This document shows positions 17,413 through 27,867 of a DNA stretch of 64,000 nucleotides, piece after piece. Below the pieces are notes generated by a model. It searched no databases and was not told where the DNA came from. It saw only the letters and a program-made list of their open reading frames with translations. The stretch's first letter is position 1. Every line of letters begins with the position of its first letter. This stretch comes from an uncultured delta proteobacterium (GTDB taxonomy: Bacteria; Desulfobacterota; WTBG01), in assembly GCA_963793865.1 (NCBI GenBank), contig CAWCBP010000001.1, positions 192,001 to 256,000 of the forward strand. The letters are read 5' to 3'. The translations under genes and the position numbers were made by a program.

Positions 17413-18075
17413 ATGAAGATTCGGAAAGCGGACAGCGAAGCGGTGAGAAACAAAATCATCAAGATTTCCCGAAGGCTCTTTCTTGAACAGGGGTATGAAA
17501 ACACCACCGTCCGGCAGGTGCTCAAAAAGGCCAACCTCTCGACGGGAAGCCTGTATAACTATTTTAAAAACAAGGAGGAAATCCTTCTCTGCAGCTTGAA
17601 GGACGCCCTGCTTGAAATCAGCAGTCTCACCGATGGCATGGCGGTAAAATATAAGGAGCCGATCCTGCGCTATGCCCTGGGCATTGCGGTAGGAATAAGC
17701 GAGATAATCAAGTACAAGCCCCTGTTCAATTTTTACAACGCCGTCTATAAAAATGAATCCGCCGAAAATTTCATGATCAGCCTCAAAGTTGCAAGGATGA
17801 AAAACCTGGCAGGGGATTTGAAGCTTGATTTTACTGATGATGAAATCCAGTCGCGCGTCCTGGCAATTCACGGGGCAACACGGGCTCTGATGCTGGCGAC
17901 CATCAACAAGCGGCTATCGGCGCGGCTCAATGATGTCTATTCTCTGATCATCAGGATTGCCCTGTCTGAGTTGCATATTCCCGAGAAGAAAATCAACAGG
18001 ATCATCCGGCTCACAGCCGCCATCATGCAAAACAAGGCCTTTTCACGGGACCTCGCCGAGAGATTAAAGCCCTGA
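17413..18075 (+). CDS. TetR/AcrR family transcriptional regulator
   Basis: LFLEQGYENTTVRQV...LSTGSLYNYFKNKEEI HTH; divergent from oxidoreductase operon. Confidence 0.93.
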   Translation: MKIRKADSEAVRNKIIKISRRLFLEQGYENTTVRQVLKKANLSTGSLYNYFKNKEEILLCSLKDALLEISSLTDGMAVKYKEPILRYALGIAVGISEIIKYKPLFNFYNAVYKNESAENFMISLKVARMKNLAGDLKLDFTDDEIQSRVLAIHGATRALMLATINKRLSARLNDVYSLIIRIALSELHIPEKKINRIIRLTAAIMQNKAFSRDLAERLKP

Positions 18076-18113
18076 TCAGTGCGTCCCGCCGCTCAACCGG
18101 CGGGGGAAAGAAA

Positions 18114-18171
18114 AAGACCCCTTGCCCAATGCGCAAGTCTCATGCTTGCGATTAATTGGGCAAGAGGTCTT
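18114..18171. terminator. Long, probably bidirectional terminator hairpin
   Basis: AAGACCCCTTGCCCAAT...ATTGGGCAAGAGGTCTT with A-rich left and T-rich right flanks, between converging genes. Confidence 0.7.
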
Positions 18172-18329
18172 ATTTTACAATGGTGTGCTGTTCGGAAGGA
18201 AGGGAAAATTACTTGAGGAGAAAATGCTGCCGGCCGCGGGTAGTTTCATTCCCGCGGCCGGCAATGCCATGTGCGGCTCGTATGAGAAAGTCCGGCGGGC
18301 CTCATGTTTTTATGGCCCGATCTCCCTCC

Positions 18330-18551
18330 CTATTTGCCTGCCGCAGTGGGAAGGGTGGGACGGTGCGCATCCTGCACCACCAGCAGCTCATCCGTTCCGG
18401 AAGCGCAGCTGCTGATGACAGCCGTGATGGATTTCATCTTGGTGTAGTTGAGATAGGTGCTGCAGGTGTTCAGGTGCTTGCATTTTTTCTCGCAGATGAG
18501 AACATTGATTTGCGGCGAGTTCTTTCTTCTTTCGCAGGTAACGTAATCCAT
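18330..18551 (-). CDS. Small Cys-rich hypothetical protein
   Basis: GGAGGAGG RBS; MDYVTC...LICEKKCKHLNTC; co-oriented with two upstream genes. Confidence 0.6.
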   Translation of the reverse strand: MDYVTCERRKNSPQINVLICEKKCKHLNTCSTYLNYTKMKSITAVISSCASGTDELLVVQDAHRPTLPTAAGK

Positions 18552-18604
18552 GATTTTGTGCCTCCTCCAGCAGACCCTGACTCAGGGGCTGCATGCCCGC
18601 GGGG

Positions 18605-19171
18605 TTATACCAGGGTTAGTTCGTGCCTCCTGCTCAGGTCAATGGTTAAATCTTCATTTTTCCTGTATCGCAGCAGCCCTTTTCCAGCGACATAGAGCCG
18701 CTGCAGCTGCAATTGGCTTTCGAGTGATATGACTACCAGGTCGCCGTGATTCTGTACGTGATGGATGTCAAAGGAGGGAATGAGAAACAGCTGGCTGCTC
18801 AAAAGGAAGGGAACCTTTTCATGGTTGATTTTGAAATCGTAGAGCGCCACTTCCTTGGTAAGATCATAGCGGGAGGCGTTTATATACCCTTCGAAGCTGA
18901 CCATCCGGTTGTTCAGCCGCTGACATTTTTTTTCCGCCTGGGGAATGAGCTTGTTTTCTTCATTGGTTTTGTGAATGGCATTCATGGTCAGACAAAGGGT
19001 CACCAGTGAATCCCTTCTCGCGTCGTGGGGCAGGTCCCGGAGCTGTTGAAAAAGGATCCGCATTTTGCGAAGAATAAGCTTCTCCTCATCATTCATCTTG
19101 TAGTGATCTGCCTGCAGGGTCACCACATTGATCTCTTTCTGTTTCTTTAACTGCATGGATTTGTCTCTCAT
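18605..19171 (-). CDS. Hypothetical protein
   Basis: 188-aa ORF whose ATG directly follows the stop of the upstream HTH gene (TAA-ATG); GGAG RBS. Confidence 0.7.
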   Translation of the reverse strand: MRDKSMQLKKQKEINVVTLQADHYKMNDEEKLILRKMRILFQQLRDLPHDARRDSLVTLCLTMNAIHKTNEENKLIPQAEKKCQRLNNRMVSFEGYINASRYDLTKEVALYDFKINHEKVPFLLSSQLFLIPSFDIHHVQNHGDLVVISLESQLQLQRLYVAGKGLLRYRKNEDLTIDLSRRHELTLV

Positions 19172-19348
19172 TTATTCATCTCCCCCCCTGACCAGTGTAT
19201 CTAAATCAGATTTAAGGAAACGGTAGTCTTTCCCCAGCTTATTGCACTTCACCTTTTTCTCCCTGATAAGTTTATACAAGGTTAGCTTGGTTATCTGGAG
19301 GTATTCGCAGGCCTGCTTGGTTGTATAAACTTCTCTAAGTATGCCCAT
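19172..19348 (-). CDS. Excisionase-like helix-turn-helix DNA-binding protein (58 aa)
   Basis: Below ORF-track cutoff; manual translation MGILREVYTTKQACEYLQITKLTLYKLIREKKVKCNKLGKDYRFLKSDLDTLVRGGDE fits the HTH_17/Xis pattern. Confidence 0.85.
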   Translation of the reverse strand: MGILREVYTTKQACEYLQITKLTLYKLIREKKVKCNKLGKDYRFLKSDLDTLVRGGDE

Positions 19349-19581
19349 ATATGCTAATATAATTTTTAAAAATGTTAAAATGACTTATATAATTTAAAAT
19401 ATTGTTTGTCAATCTTTTTTTTATTCAAATAACTAGTAAATTACTTAATAAAACCTAAATGTATTTTAAATTGACACAAATAACTCCAAATTATTTAAAT
19501 TATATTTAAGATGGTTCATTTTAACCTAAACAAACTTATCGTCATTTATATGGGAAAAGATGAGGATTTTCTCGGGAGGTA

Positions 19582-20748
19582 TTAATACAGCTTTTTTCTA
19601 AGCCGGTTGATGCTCAGGGCAAGGGTGGCGATGCCGAGGAGAAAGAGGGCGAGAACCTGGGGCCATAACATTTCTATGCCTATGCCCCGCAGGAGTATGC
19701 CGCGGACGATGATGGCAAAATAGCGGATGGGCATCAGGTAGGTCAGATATTGAATGACCTCCGGCATGTTTTCAATGGGAAACATGATGCCCGAGAGGGT
19801 GTTCATGGTGAGCACCATGAGGAAGATGAGGATCATCGACTGCTCCTGGGTGTTGGCGACGGTGGAGATAAATATGCCCAGTCCCAGCGCGGAGAAGAGA
19901 TAGAAGAACGAAAGGATGAGCAGCAGCGCTATGCTTCCTTTTATGGGGATGCTGAAGACGAGGTATCCAATGACGAGAATGAAGATGACGTCGAGAAATC
20001 CGATGATGATGCAGGGGATGAGCTTGCCCGCCAGGAGTTCAGCCGGCTTGAGCGGCGTGACCATCAGCTGCTCCATGGTGCCGATCTCCCTTTCCTTGAC
20101 GATGGAGAGAGCGGTCAGATTGCTGGTGACGATGAGCAGTATCATGCATATGACGCCGGGCACCATGAAGTCGGCGCTGGAGAGGTCGGGATTGTACCAC
20201 AGCCGCAACCGGTTGTCGATGAGCGCGGTGCGGCCTTTCTCTCTCCTGAAGCTTCCCAGGAAGTCGCCCGCGCCGAGCGCTGCAAGGTCGATTGCTTCCA
20301 TGATCAGCCGGGATGCAAATCTCTCGCTGATAATCCGGGCGTAATTCAAGGCGATGGTGCCCGAATTTGATTCCGTCCCGTCAACCATGAATTGAACGGG
20401 GGATGGTTTCCCCCGCCTCAGCTTCTTTTCAAAATCGGCCGGTATTTCAATCCCCACTTTCACCTGCCCCCCGTCCAGGAGCCGGTACATCCGGTCGCGA
20501 TGGGTGACTTCATGGGTGATGGAGAAATACCCGTTGTGGCGGAAGCAGCGCACGTACTCCCGGCTCAAGGGCGTGTTGTCCCGGTTCAGCACCGCCGTGG
20601 GAATGTTATGGATGTCGAAGGTGGCAGCGTACCCGAGAATGACGATCTGCAGCGTCGGCGCGATGAAGAGAAGCGGGTAGAGCTTCCGGTCCCGGCTCAA
20701 CTGGATCAGCTCTTTTATGGTGGTGCTGATTATTCGTGCCAGCTTCAT
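19582..20748 (-). CDS. ABC-2 type transporter permease (YbhR-like)
   Basis: KELIQL.RD, WYNPDL, IVKEREIGTMEQL.VTP, LSG..FPIENMP. Confidence 0.93.
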   Translation of the reverse strand: MKLARIISTTIKELIQLSRDRKLYPLLFIAPTLQIVILGYAATFDIHNIPTAVLNRDNTPLSREYVRCFRHNGYFSITHEVTHRDRMYRLLDGGQVKVGIEIPADFEKKLRRGKPSPVQFMVDGTESNSGTIALNYARIISERFASRLIMEAIDLAALGAGDFLGSFRREKGRTALIDNRLRLWYNPDLSSADFMVPGVICMILLIVTSNLTALSIVKEREIGTMEQLMVTPLKPAELLAGKLIPCIIIGFLDVIFILVIGYLVFSIPIKGSIALLLILSFFYLFSALGLGIFISTVANTQEQSMILIFLMVLTMNTLSGIMFPIENMPEVIQYLTYLMPIRYFAIIVRGILLRGIGIEMLWPQVLALFLLGIATLALSINRLRKKLY

Positions 20749-20751
20749 GGG

Positions 20752-21888
20752 TTACCCCACTTTTTTCTTAAATCTCAGGGCGCTTACGGTAATCATTACC
20801 AGCGCAAAAATAAACAGCGTGAGAGCCTCAGGATAGAGTACCGACAGCCCCGTGCCCTTAAGGATGATCCCCCTCAGGATGACCAGGTAATACCTGATGG
20901 GGAAGAGATAGGTGAAAAACTGAACGGGCAGCGGCATGCTCGCGATGGGAAAGATGAACCCGGAGAGAATGATCGCGGGCAGCATTGAGGAGAGAAACCC
21001 CATCAGCCATGCCGTCTGGGCCGTCTGGGCCACGTTGGATATATAGAGCCCCATGCCCAGGGAGGCAGCGATGAAAATGCCGGAGAGCGTAAAAAGAGTG
21101 AGCAGGTTTCCCCGGAAGGGCACCTCGAAGATGAATCGTGATAAGATGAGGATCAGCACCAGGCTGATATAGGAGATGATGATGTAGGGTGTTATTTTCC
21201 CCGCCATGAGCTCAATGGGCTTCAGGGGGGAAACCAGCAGGCCTTCAATGGTGCCCTGTTCCTTTTCCTTGACGATGGTGATGGAGATCCTGATGACGGT
21301 TATGGACATGAGAATAATGCCGATAAGGCCGGGGATAAGGAAGATGGAGCTCTTGAGCTCCGGGTTGTACCAGACGGCGGGCCGCAGGTCCACCTGCGGA
21401 AGCTGTGCGGGGAATCCCCCCGCCTGGCCCAGGATCAGCTCCTGTAACATTTCCCGGGAGAAGGTGGCCATGATGGCGCTTGAGTAGCCCATGATGATGT
21501 TGGCGGTATTGTTGTCAGCGGCATCGATGATGATCTGGACAGGGGTTGTCCGGCCCCGGTAGATGTCTTTCGAGAAATCCGGCGGGACATGCAGGACAAC
21601 CTTGACCTCCCTCGTGTCCACTGCGGGATTGATCTGCTTTATGGAGTACAGCCGCCGGGTCAGATCAAAGTAGCCTGACTGAATGAATTTGTCGGCGAGG
21701 GCGCGCGAGACCCGCGTCTGATCGCGGTCAAAAACGGCGAGCCTGATATGGCTGATGTCCAGATTGATGGCAAAGCCGAAGAGAAAAAGGATGAACACCG
21801 GGAAGATGATGAGCATGAGCAGGGCGATCCGGTCCCGCATAATGTGGAGGCACTCTTTATACATGATGGCGGTGATTCTTCTCAGCAT
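20752..21888 (-). CDS. ABC-2 type transporter permease (YbhS-like)
   Basis: KE..HI.RD, WYNPEL.S, IVKEKEQGTIE.L.VSP, LSGFIFPI.SMP; start taken at ATG 21888. Confidence 0.93.
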   Translation of the reverse strand: MLRRITAIMYKECLHIMRDRIALLMLIIFPVFILFLFGFAINLDISHIRLAVFDRDQTRVSRALADKFIQSGYFDLTRRLYSIKQINPAVDTREVKVVLHVPPDFSKDIYRGRTTPVQIIIDAADNNTANIIMGYSSAIMATFSREMLQELILGQAGGFPAQLPQVDLRPAVWYNPELKSSIFLIPGLIGIILMSITVIRISITIVKEKEQGTIEGLLVSPLKPIELMAGKITPYIIISYISLVLILILSRFIFEVPFRGNLLTLFTLSGIFIAASLGMGLYISNVAQTAQTAWLMGFLSSMLPAIILSGFIFPIASMPLPVQFFTYLFPIRYYLVILRGIILKGTGLSVLYPEALTLFIFALVMITVSALRFKKKVG

Positions 21889-21910
21889 GGGGCAACCCAA
21901 AAAAGGCGTC

Positions 21911-22834
21911 TCACTGGTTTCTCTTGGAGAGCGCCACGAACACGTCTTCAATGGACGGCGCGATGGTGCTCATCTCCTGGAGGTGTATGCCGTTTTCCTG
22001 GAGGAGGTTTCTGAAGAGCGGCATGGCTTCCCCGGCGTTCTCCACTCCCAGATGGATGGCATCCCCGTAAATGTTGATGTCCTTGATGGCCGGGTGATGC
22101 TCCAGCAGCCTGAATGCCTCATTGATGCTGCTGCAGCGGATTTTTATGATGTGGTAGAGGTTGAAATTATTTTTAATGCCCTGCGGGGTGTCGTAAGCAA
22201 CCAGATTTCCCTCCCAGATAAAGCCGATTTTATTGCACCGCTCTGCTTCTTCCATGTAGTGGGTGGTGACAAAGAGGGTCATCCCGCTGCTGGACAGGTC
22301 ATAGAGAAAATCCCACATGTTCCTCCGCGAGACCGGATCAATGCCCGCCGTGGGCTCGTCCAGAAAAAGGATCCGGGGGCGGTGCACGACCGCGCATGCC
22401 AGGGCAAGCCGCTGCCGCCAGCCGCCGGAGAGATTGGCCGCCGGATACGTGAGGTATCTTCCCAGGCCGACTGTTTCCATGGTTTCCGCCCGCCGTCTGG
22501 CGGCCTCTTTCTTGTCCGCAATATAGAGCGAGGAGTAAAACATGAGATTTTCCTCAACCGTGAGATCTTTGTAGAGGCCGAAGCTCTGGGACATGTAGCC
22601 GATGATGGTTTTAATCTTCTCCCCCTGGGTGGCGATATCGTATGTCCCCACGGTGGCAGTTCCCGAAGTGGGCTCCAGCAGTCCGCAAAGCATGCGGATG
22701 GTGGTGCTTTTCCCTGACCCGTTGGGGCCCAGGAATCCGAAGATTTCACCTTCCTCGATTGCCAGGTTAAGGTTGTTAACCGCGGTTACTTTATCAAACT
22801 TTTTGGTGAGCTGTTGTGCTTCTATGGCTTTCAT
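21911..22834 (-). CDS. ABC transporter ATP-binding protein
   Basis: GPNGSGKST, LSGG, LFLDEPTAGIDP, TTHYM. Confidence 0.96.
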   Translation of the reverse strand: MKAIEAQQLTKKFDKVTAVNNLNLAIEEGEIFGFLGPNGSGKSTTIRMLCGLLEPTSGTATVGTYDIATQGEKIKTIIGYMSQSFGLYKDLTVEENLMFYSSLYIADKKEAARRRAETMETVGLGRYLTYPAANLSGGWRQRLALACAVVHRPRILFLDEPTAGIDPVSRRNMWDFLYDLSSSGMTLFVTTHYMEEAERCNKIGFIWEGNLVAYDTPQGIKNNFNLYHIIKIRCSSINEAFRLLEHHPAIKDINIYGDAIHLGVENAGEAMPLFRNLLQENGIHLQEMSTIAPSIEDVFVALSKRNQ

Positions 22835-22904
22835 GGTTATTTGTTTTTCTTCGTGCGCTCCATTTTTTCTTCGCGGGCTTCGTGGTTCATAATTGGTTTT
22901 TTAA

Positions 22905-23933
22905 CTATGGACTGTCGACTGTGGGCTCTTGACCATTTTCCGCTTCTATGATGGCGTCCGCCGGCATGCCCACTTTGAGTTCCCCGTCCGGATTGTCCGC
23001 ATCGATTTTTATCCCGTATACCAGCTTCACCCGTTCTTCCCTGGTCTGGATGTTCTTGGGGGTGAATTCCGCCTCCGGGGAAATATAGGTGACCTTTCCG
23101 ATGAACTCCTTTTGCGGGAATGAATCGATTATGATCTTTCCCTGCTGGCCGAGCTTCACCCTGCCCAGGTTTTTTTCGGAGAGGTATGCCATCACCCACA
23201 CGTGCTTGAGGTCAATGACCGTGGCCAGGAGGCTGCCTATGGATACGAATTCTCCGAATTCAACATAGCGTTCGCTGATGACGCCATCAATGGGGATGAT
23301 GGCGCGTGCGTCTTCTATCTGCTTCTCGATCAGTTGTACCTGTGCCTCCGCCGCTTCCTTTAATGCTTTCCCCGCCTGGATCTCTTCCGTGCGCGAGCCC
23401 TCCACGGCAATCTCATAATTCATTCTGGCTATCTCATACCGTTTCTGAGCGGCCTCATAGGCGGCTTCGGTTTTGTCACGCGTTCCCAGGTCAACCACCC
23501 CCTGGTCAAATAATTTTTGAATGCGGGTATATTCCCGATTGCTGTCTTTGAGCAGCACCTCGGCTTCCAGGAATGATTCGTAAGCCCGTTCCACTTCTTT
23601 GTCCCGCAGGCCCTTAATGAGCAGCGTGAGACGTGCGTCCGCTTCCGCCTGCCCGGCTTTTGCCCGCGCGAGTTCGATGTCCAGCTTTTCGCGGTCAATA
23701 TCGCCCAGGATATCTCCGTGTTTCACCCAGTCACCCTCATCAAAGTTGAGCGCCACGATTGTACCGGTTGCCTCGGCCCTGATGTCCACCTCCGTGGCCT
23801 CGATGGTTCCCGTCGATTCGATGAGGTTGGTGCTTTCGCGGCGGCACCCCGCAAGCAGCAGCATGGAAACAGCGACAGCAAGGATGAAGCCGGTGACGGT
23901 GGTGCGCCTGCCGGTAAGGTTGAAGTGTAACAT
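22905..23933 (-). CDS. HlyD-family efflux periplasmic adaptor (YbhG-like lipoprotein)
   Basis: LLAGC lipobox, GTIEATEV, coiled coil, ISPEAEFTPKNIQTREER, LKVGMPAD. Confidence 0.92.
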   Translation of the reverse strand: MLHFNLTGRRTTVTGFILAVAVSMLLLAGCRRESTNLIESTGTIEATEVDIRAEATGTIVALNFDEGDWVKHGDILGDIDREKLDIELARAKAGQAEADARLTLLIKGLRDKEVERAYESFLEAEVLLKDSNREYTRIQKLFDQGVVDLGTRDKTEAAYEAAQKRYEIARMNYEIAVEGSRTEEIQAGKALKEAAEAQVQLIEKQIEDARAIIPIDGVISERYVEFGEFVSIGSLLATVIDLKHVWVMAYLSEKNLGRVKLGQQGKIIIDSFPQKEFIGKVTYISPEAEFTPKNIQTREERVKLVYGIKIDADNPDGELKVGMPADAIIEAENGQEPTVDSP

Positions 23934-23974
23934 ATGCGATATCTCCTGTGATGGCATGCCGCCGGTCGTGTGCA

Positions 23975-24610
23975 TTACCGTCTCGCAGCAGCGGGCCGTG
24001 CGGATGTTCGCGCGGCGTCATTCTTAATCGCGGCGCTAAACAGTTTCCAGCTGAAGTCCACCTGCTTCACCATGTCAAAGGTTCCGCCGCTTAAATGGTA
24101 AAGGAAGGCGGATGGCTGAAACAAGCCCAGAAACATGGTGGCTACCCGGAAGGGATCAAGATCAGAGCGGATGCTGCCCTGTTTCTGGCCCTTTTGCACC
24201 AGCTCGGCAAGGGTATCGAGAAAGCCGTGCATCAGATCGTGCAATTGTGCCTTGAGGGCGGGATTATCACTGTAGACCTCTTCCGAGAAAAGAATGTGGG
24301 GGATGATCATGAACTCCTGTACCAGCTTGATCTGGCGCATGAGCAGTATTCTGAATGCGTTAAGTGAATCAGTATTCTCTTTAACGACCTCGCGGACGTT
24401 GTGCTGCATCCTCGCCAGGATCATGGTGAGCACCGCCGCGATGATTGCCGACTTGTTGTGGAAGTGGCGGTATACCGCGGAGGGTACAATGCCGACAAGC
24501 CTTGCTATGCGGTCAATGGTCATCGACCGCACGCCCTGGTTTGCCATCAGGGTCAGTGCCGCGCCGAGAATCTCCTCACGCCGTATTTCCGTTCCTTTCT
24601 TTTCTGCCAT
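23975..24610 (-). CDS. TetR/AcrR family regulator of the efflux operon
   Basis: RREEIL.AA..L...G...MTI..IA..VG...SAVYRHF.NK. Confidence 0.92.
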   Translation of the reverse strand: MAEKKGTEIRREEILGAALTLMANQGVRSMTIDRIARLVGIVPSAVYRHFHNKSAIIAAVLTMILARMQHNVREVVKENTDSLNAFRILLMRQIKLVQEFMIIPHILFSEEVYSDNPALKAQLHDLMHGFLDTLAELVQKGQKQGSIRSDLDPFRVATMFLGLFQPSAFLYHLSGGTFDMVKQVDFSWKLFSAAIKNDAARTSARPAAARR

Positions 24611-24830
24611 GCGATGCCCATATTGTGAATTACAATTCACATTATAGCAGCATGCCCGCCCTTTTGTCAATAGGTGATGGGGGGAAACCCCCTTGTTGCG
24701 AGATAATAAACCGCAGTGCCGGTTGATCTACAGAAAGCAGGATGGATAAAAGTGCTTGCAAAAAAGGATGCGCATTATGATAATGACCATGGCTGTAAAG
24801 ACGTGGTATCAACTGCAGACATGGGATTTT

Positions 24831-26951
24831 ATGTATTCTTTTGCCTTTAAAAAGAGGGCGGCATCGTTATCTGTTTTTATCCTCACTATTCTTGTGTTTC
24901 TTCCCGCACTGAAAAACGACTTTGTCAATTGGGATGATGACATCTATGTGTATGAGAATCCTGCCATCAGAACCCTTGATGTAAAAACTATTGCCTGGAT
25001 GTTCACATCATTCCAGGCAGGGAACTGGCATCCTCTCACATGGCTGAGTCATGGACTGGACTGTGCCCTGTGGGGTCTTAATCCTTTTGGGCATCATCTC
25101 ACCAGCATTGTTCTGCATGGATTAAACGCGATGCTGGTTTTTTTGGTGATCGCGCAGCTTTTGCTATGTGCCCGGGGATTTCGTGGAGAAGGCGAGTCGC
25201 ACCCGGCACAGGCAATACCAGCCGCAGCTGTCACGGCTCTGCTTTTTGGATTGCATCCCTTGCGCGTTGAATCCGTCGCGTGGGTGTCCGAGCGCAAAGA
25301 CCTTCTCTGCGCGTTCTTTGTCCTCCTCAGCCTCCTGACCTATATCACGTATACAGCCGCACGTACCGGTGGAAAAGGACTGTTCCTCTTTGTTGTCAGC
25401 ATCGTTTTCGCTGCTCTTGCCCTCATGTCAAAACCCATGGCCGTGAGCCTTCCCCTCATCCTGCTTTTGATTGATGTGTATCCTCTTTGTCGTTTCAGCG
25501 GGGGGGCAGGGCGATGGTCATCGGTACTGCTGGAGAAAATTCCCTTCGTGGTTATGAGTGTGGCATCCGGCCTGGTTACCCTGCGGGCGGCAGCAGCCGT
25601 CAAGGCCTTCGGCAGCTTTGACATTCTTCCCGTGCAAGCTCGGTTGCTCAATGGCATACACGCGTTAGTTTTCTATCTGCAAAAGATGTTTATACCGACA
25701 GGATTAAGTCCTCTCTATCCCTATGTCCACCCGTCCCAGATCCGCTGGTCGGATCTCCGCTACCTGATATCAGCGGTGCTGGTAGTGCTCGTTACTGCCG
25801 GCTGTGTGTGGTTAAGCAGACGGGGAAGACACCTGTGCAGCGCTGCCTGGGCATATTATGTGGTTACCCTGCTGCCGGTGATCGGAATTGTTCAGGTCGG
25901 GATGCAGGCAGCGGCGGATCGGTATACCTATTTGCCCGGTATCAGTATTTTTCTGCTGACAGGGCTCGGCATGATCCTGGTCTGGGATGGTGCATCTCGG
26001 AAGAGGTATGAATCGCTGAAAAAGGGCTTTGTTCTGCTATTACTGTTCTGCATTCTGTTATTACTTGGAATGCTTACCGTACGACAGATTGGCACCTGGC
26101 GAACTCCGGAGAACCTGTGGAAATATGTGGTGGCACATGCCCTGGTCAAGGTCCCTGTAGCATATAACAATCTCGGTAATGCCCTGGCTCGAGCGGGAAA
26201 ACTTGAGGAGGCTGTTTCAGCCTACGAACAGGCGCTTGCGGTAAAGCCGGATTATGCTGATGCCCTCAATAATCTCGGCATTGTCTACAGCAGAAGCGGG
26301 GATGTGGATGGGGCTATCGCACAATATAAAAAAGTGCTCATCCGTGCCCCCGACTATTACAGGGCACACTATAATCTTGCCAATGCATTCAGTGAGAAAG
26401 GATTAATTGAGGCAGCGATCACTGAGTATGAAAAGGCTTTAAGCATCAATCCCGTTTATGAGCGGGCCCGCCGCAGTCTCATGGATGCCTATGCCCGGAA
26501 ACAATCGCTGGACCAAAAAATAGGTGCCTATGAAAATGCCCTCGCCGCAAACACTGCTGATGCCGCCCTTCACAACACTCTTGGCGATTTATACCTAAAG
26601 AAAGGCATGATCGGGGAGGCTATTGAGCAATTCAGGCAGGCTATAGTTCTGCAGCCCGACTCTGCAATAGCGTATAACTATCTGGCCTGGATATACGCGA
26701 CGTCCTTCCATGACCGGTATCGTAATGGGAGGGAGGCGGTTGCATTAGCAACCAGGGCATGTGAGTTGACGGAATTGAAAAATGCCTATTTCCTGGACAC
26801 CCTTGCCGCTGCCTTTGCTGAGAGTGGTGATTTTAAGAGTGCTGTACTGTACCAGGAGAAGGCCCTGGCCATGAGCCGGGAAAAGGAACAAGCCGCTCTG
26901 CGTTCCCGTCTCCGCCGCTACCAGTCCGGTCAGGCATACAGATGCTACTAG
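24831..26951 (+). CDS. Multi-pass GT-C (TMTC-like) membrane protein with C-terminal TPR repeats
   Basis: NDFVNWDD, WHPLTWLS, HPLRVESVAWVSERKD, SKPMAV, LEKIP, AADRYTYLP, AYNNLG TPRs; start uncertain (24756-24831). Confidence 0.85.
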   Translation: MYSFAFKKRAASLSVFILTILVFLPALKNDFVNWDDDIYVYENPAIRTLDVKTIAWMFTSFQAGNWHPLTWLSHGLDCALWGLNPFGHHLTSIVLHGLNAMLVFLVIAQLLLCARGFRGEGESHPAQAIPAAAVTALLFGLHPLRVESVAWVSERKDLLCAFFVLLSLLTYITYTAARTGGKGLFLFVVSIVFAALALMSKPMAVSLPLILLLIDVYPLCRFSGGAGRWSSVLLEKIPFVVMSVASGLVTLRAAAAVKAFGSFDILPVQARLLNGIHALVFYLQKMFIPTGLSPLYPYVHPSQIRWSDLRYLISAVLVVLVTAGCVWLSRRGRHLCSAAWAYYVVTLLPVIGIVQVGMQAAADRYTYLPGISIFLLTGLGMILVWDGASRKRYESLKKGFVLLLLFCILLLLGMLTVRQIGTWRTPENLWKYVVAHALVKVPVAYNNLGNALARAGKLEEAVSAYEQALAVKPDYADALNNLGIVYSRSGDVDGAIAQYKKVLIRAPDYYRAHYNLANAFSEKGLIEAAITEYEKALSINPVYERARRSLMDAYARKQSLDQKIGAYENALAANTADAALHNTLGDLYLKKGMIGEAIEQFRQAIVLQPDSAIAYNYLAWIYATSFHDRYRNGREAVALATRACELTELKNAYFLDTLAAAFAESGDFKSAVLYQEKALAMSREKEQAALRSRLRRYQSGQAYRCY

Positions 26952-27080
26952 CAGGTTGTTGAAAAAGTAGCTTTTACCAGCCGCCCGCTGGTTTTCTCAG
27001 ACATGTCTAAAGCCGGTAGGAGCGGATTTAATCCACCAATTCATCGCGCATCAATGCGCTCCTACAGAAGCCACAAATAG
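26949..27080. repeat. IS-like end plus GTAG REP doublet (27016-27065)
   Basis: TAGCAGGTTGTTGAAAAA supplies the stop codon of the upstream gene; GTAGGAGCGG...GCGCTCCTAC; AGCCACAAAT shared with 5661-5753. Confidence 0.7.
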
Positions 27081-27094
27081 GTTTGGTTATGATT

Positions 27095-27751
27095 TTACAG
27101 GGCGTAGGTGAGAACCTGAATCTCGGTTGCGGCCGGAAGGGTTTCCCTGGTAACGGTTATCTCGCTCTCCGTGAGCTTTTTCACATGAGTCTTGTTTGCC
27201 AGGAAATCATCGACCGTGGCGATGGGGAAGCCGCATTTGGCGGTTTTGAAGTGCATGGGAATGACGACGCGGGGTTTTAAAGTGCTCATCACCTTTGTCG
27301 CGGCCTGAGCATCAATTGTATAAAAGCCACCCACCGGCATCATCAGCACATCAACCGTGCCTATCTCGGAAGCCGTCTTTGCGTCCAGAGGATGTCCCAA
27401 ATCACCCAGGTGGCATAATCGAACGTCATCCACGGTGAAGCAGAAGATGACGTTTTCCCCCCGCTCGCTTCCCTTGGTGGTGTCGTGATAGGTGGGAATG
27501 CCCTTAAAAGCGGTTCCCGATGCGGTGTGGATGCCGGAGCCTTTGACTACCCGGGGATTTCCCTTCAGTCCCTGCACAAAGTTGTGATCGGGGTGGTCAT
27601 GGCTTACCAGGACAATGTCAATGGTCTCGGGGACGCTTCCATAGCCCATGGCGCCGTCATAACCGCCGGGCTCGTAAGGGTCGGTAAGGATCCTTGTCCC
27701 TGACGAGGAGGTGATGAGAAAAGCCGCGTGACCACACCATTTGATTTTCAT
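27095..27751 (-). CDS. MBL-fold metallo-hydrolase
   Basis: W.GHAAF, TDPY, SHDHPDHN, HLGDLGH, PVGG, IPMHF. Confidence 0.92.
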   Translation of the reverse strand: MKIKWCGHAAFLITSSSGTRILTDPYEPGGYDGAMGYGSVPETIDIVLVSHDHPDHNFVQGLKGNPRVVKGSGIHTASGTAFKGIPTYHDTTKGSERGENVIFCFTVDDVRLCHLGDLGHPLDAKTASEIGTVDVLMMPVGGFYTIDAQAATKVMSTLKPRVVIPMHFKTAKCGFPIATVDDFLANKTHVKKLTESEITVTRETLPAATEIQVLTYAL

Positions 27752-27867
27752 GTCTGTCTCCCATCATGAGGATGCTCGACCTGCCACTGCCGGTTAAAAC
27801 GAATGAAATGTATTGGTAGTCGCTGTTGACTGCAAACTGTCAACCGACAGCTGTCAACTGCTCCCGG

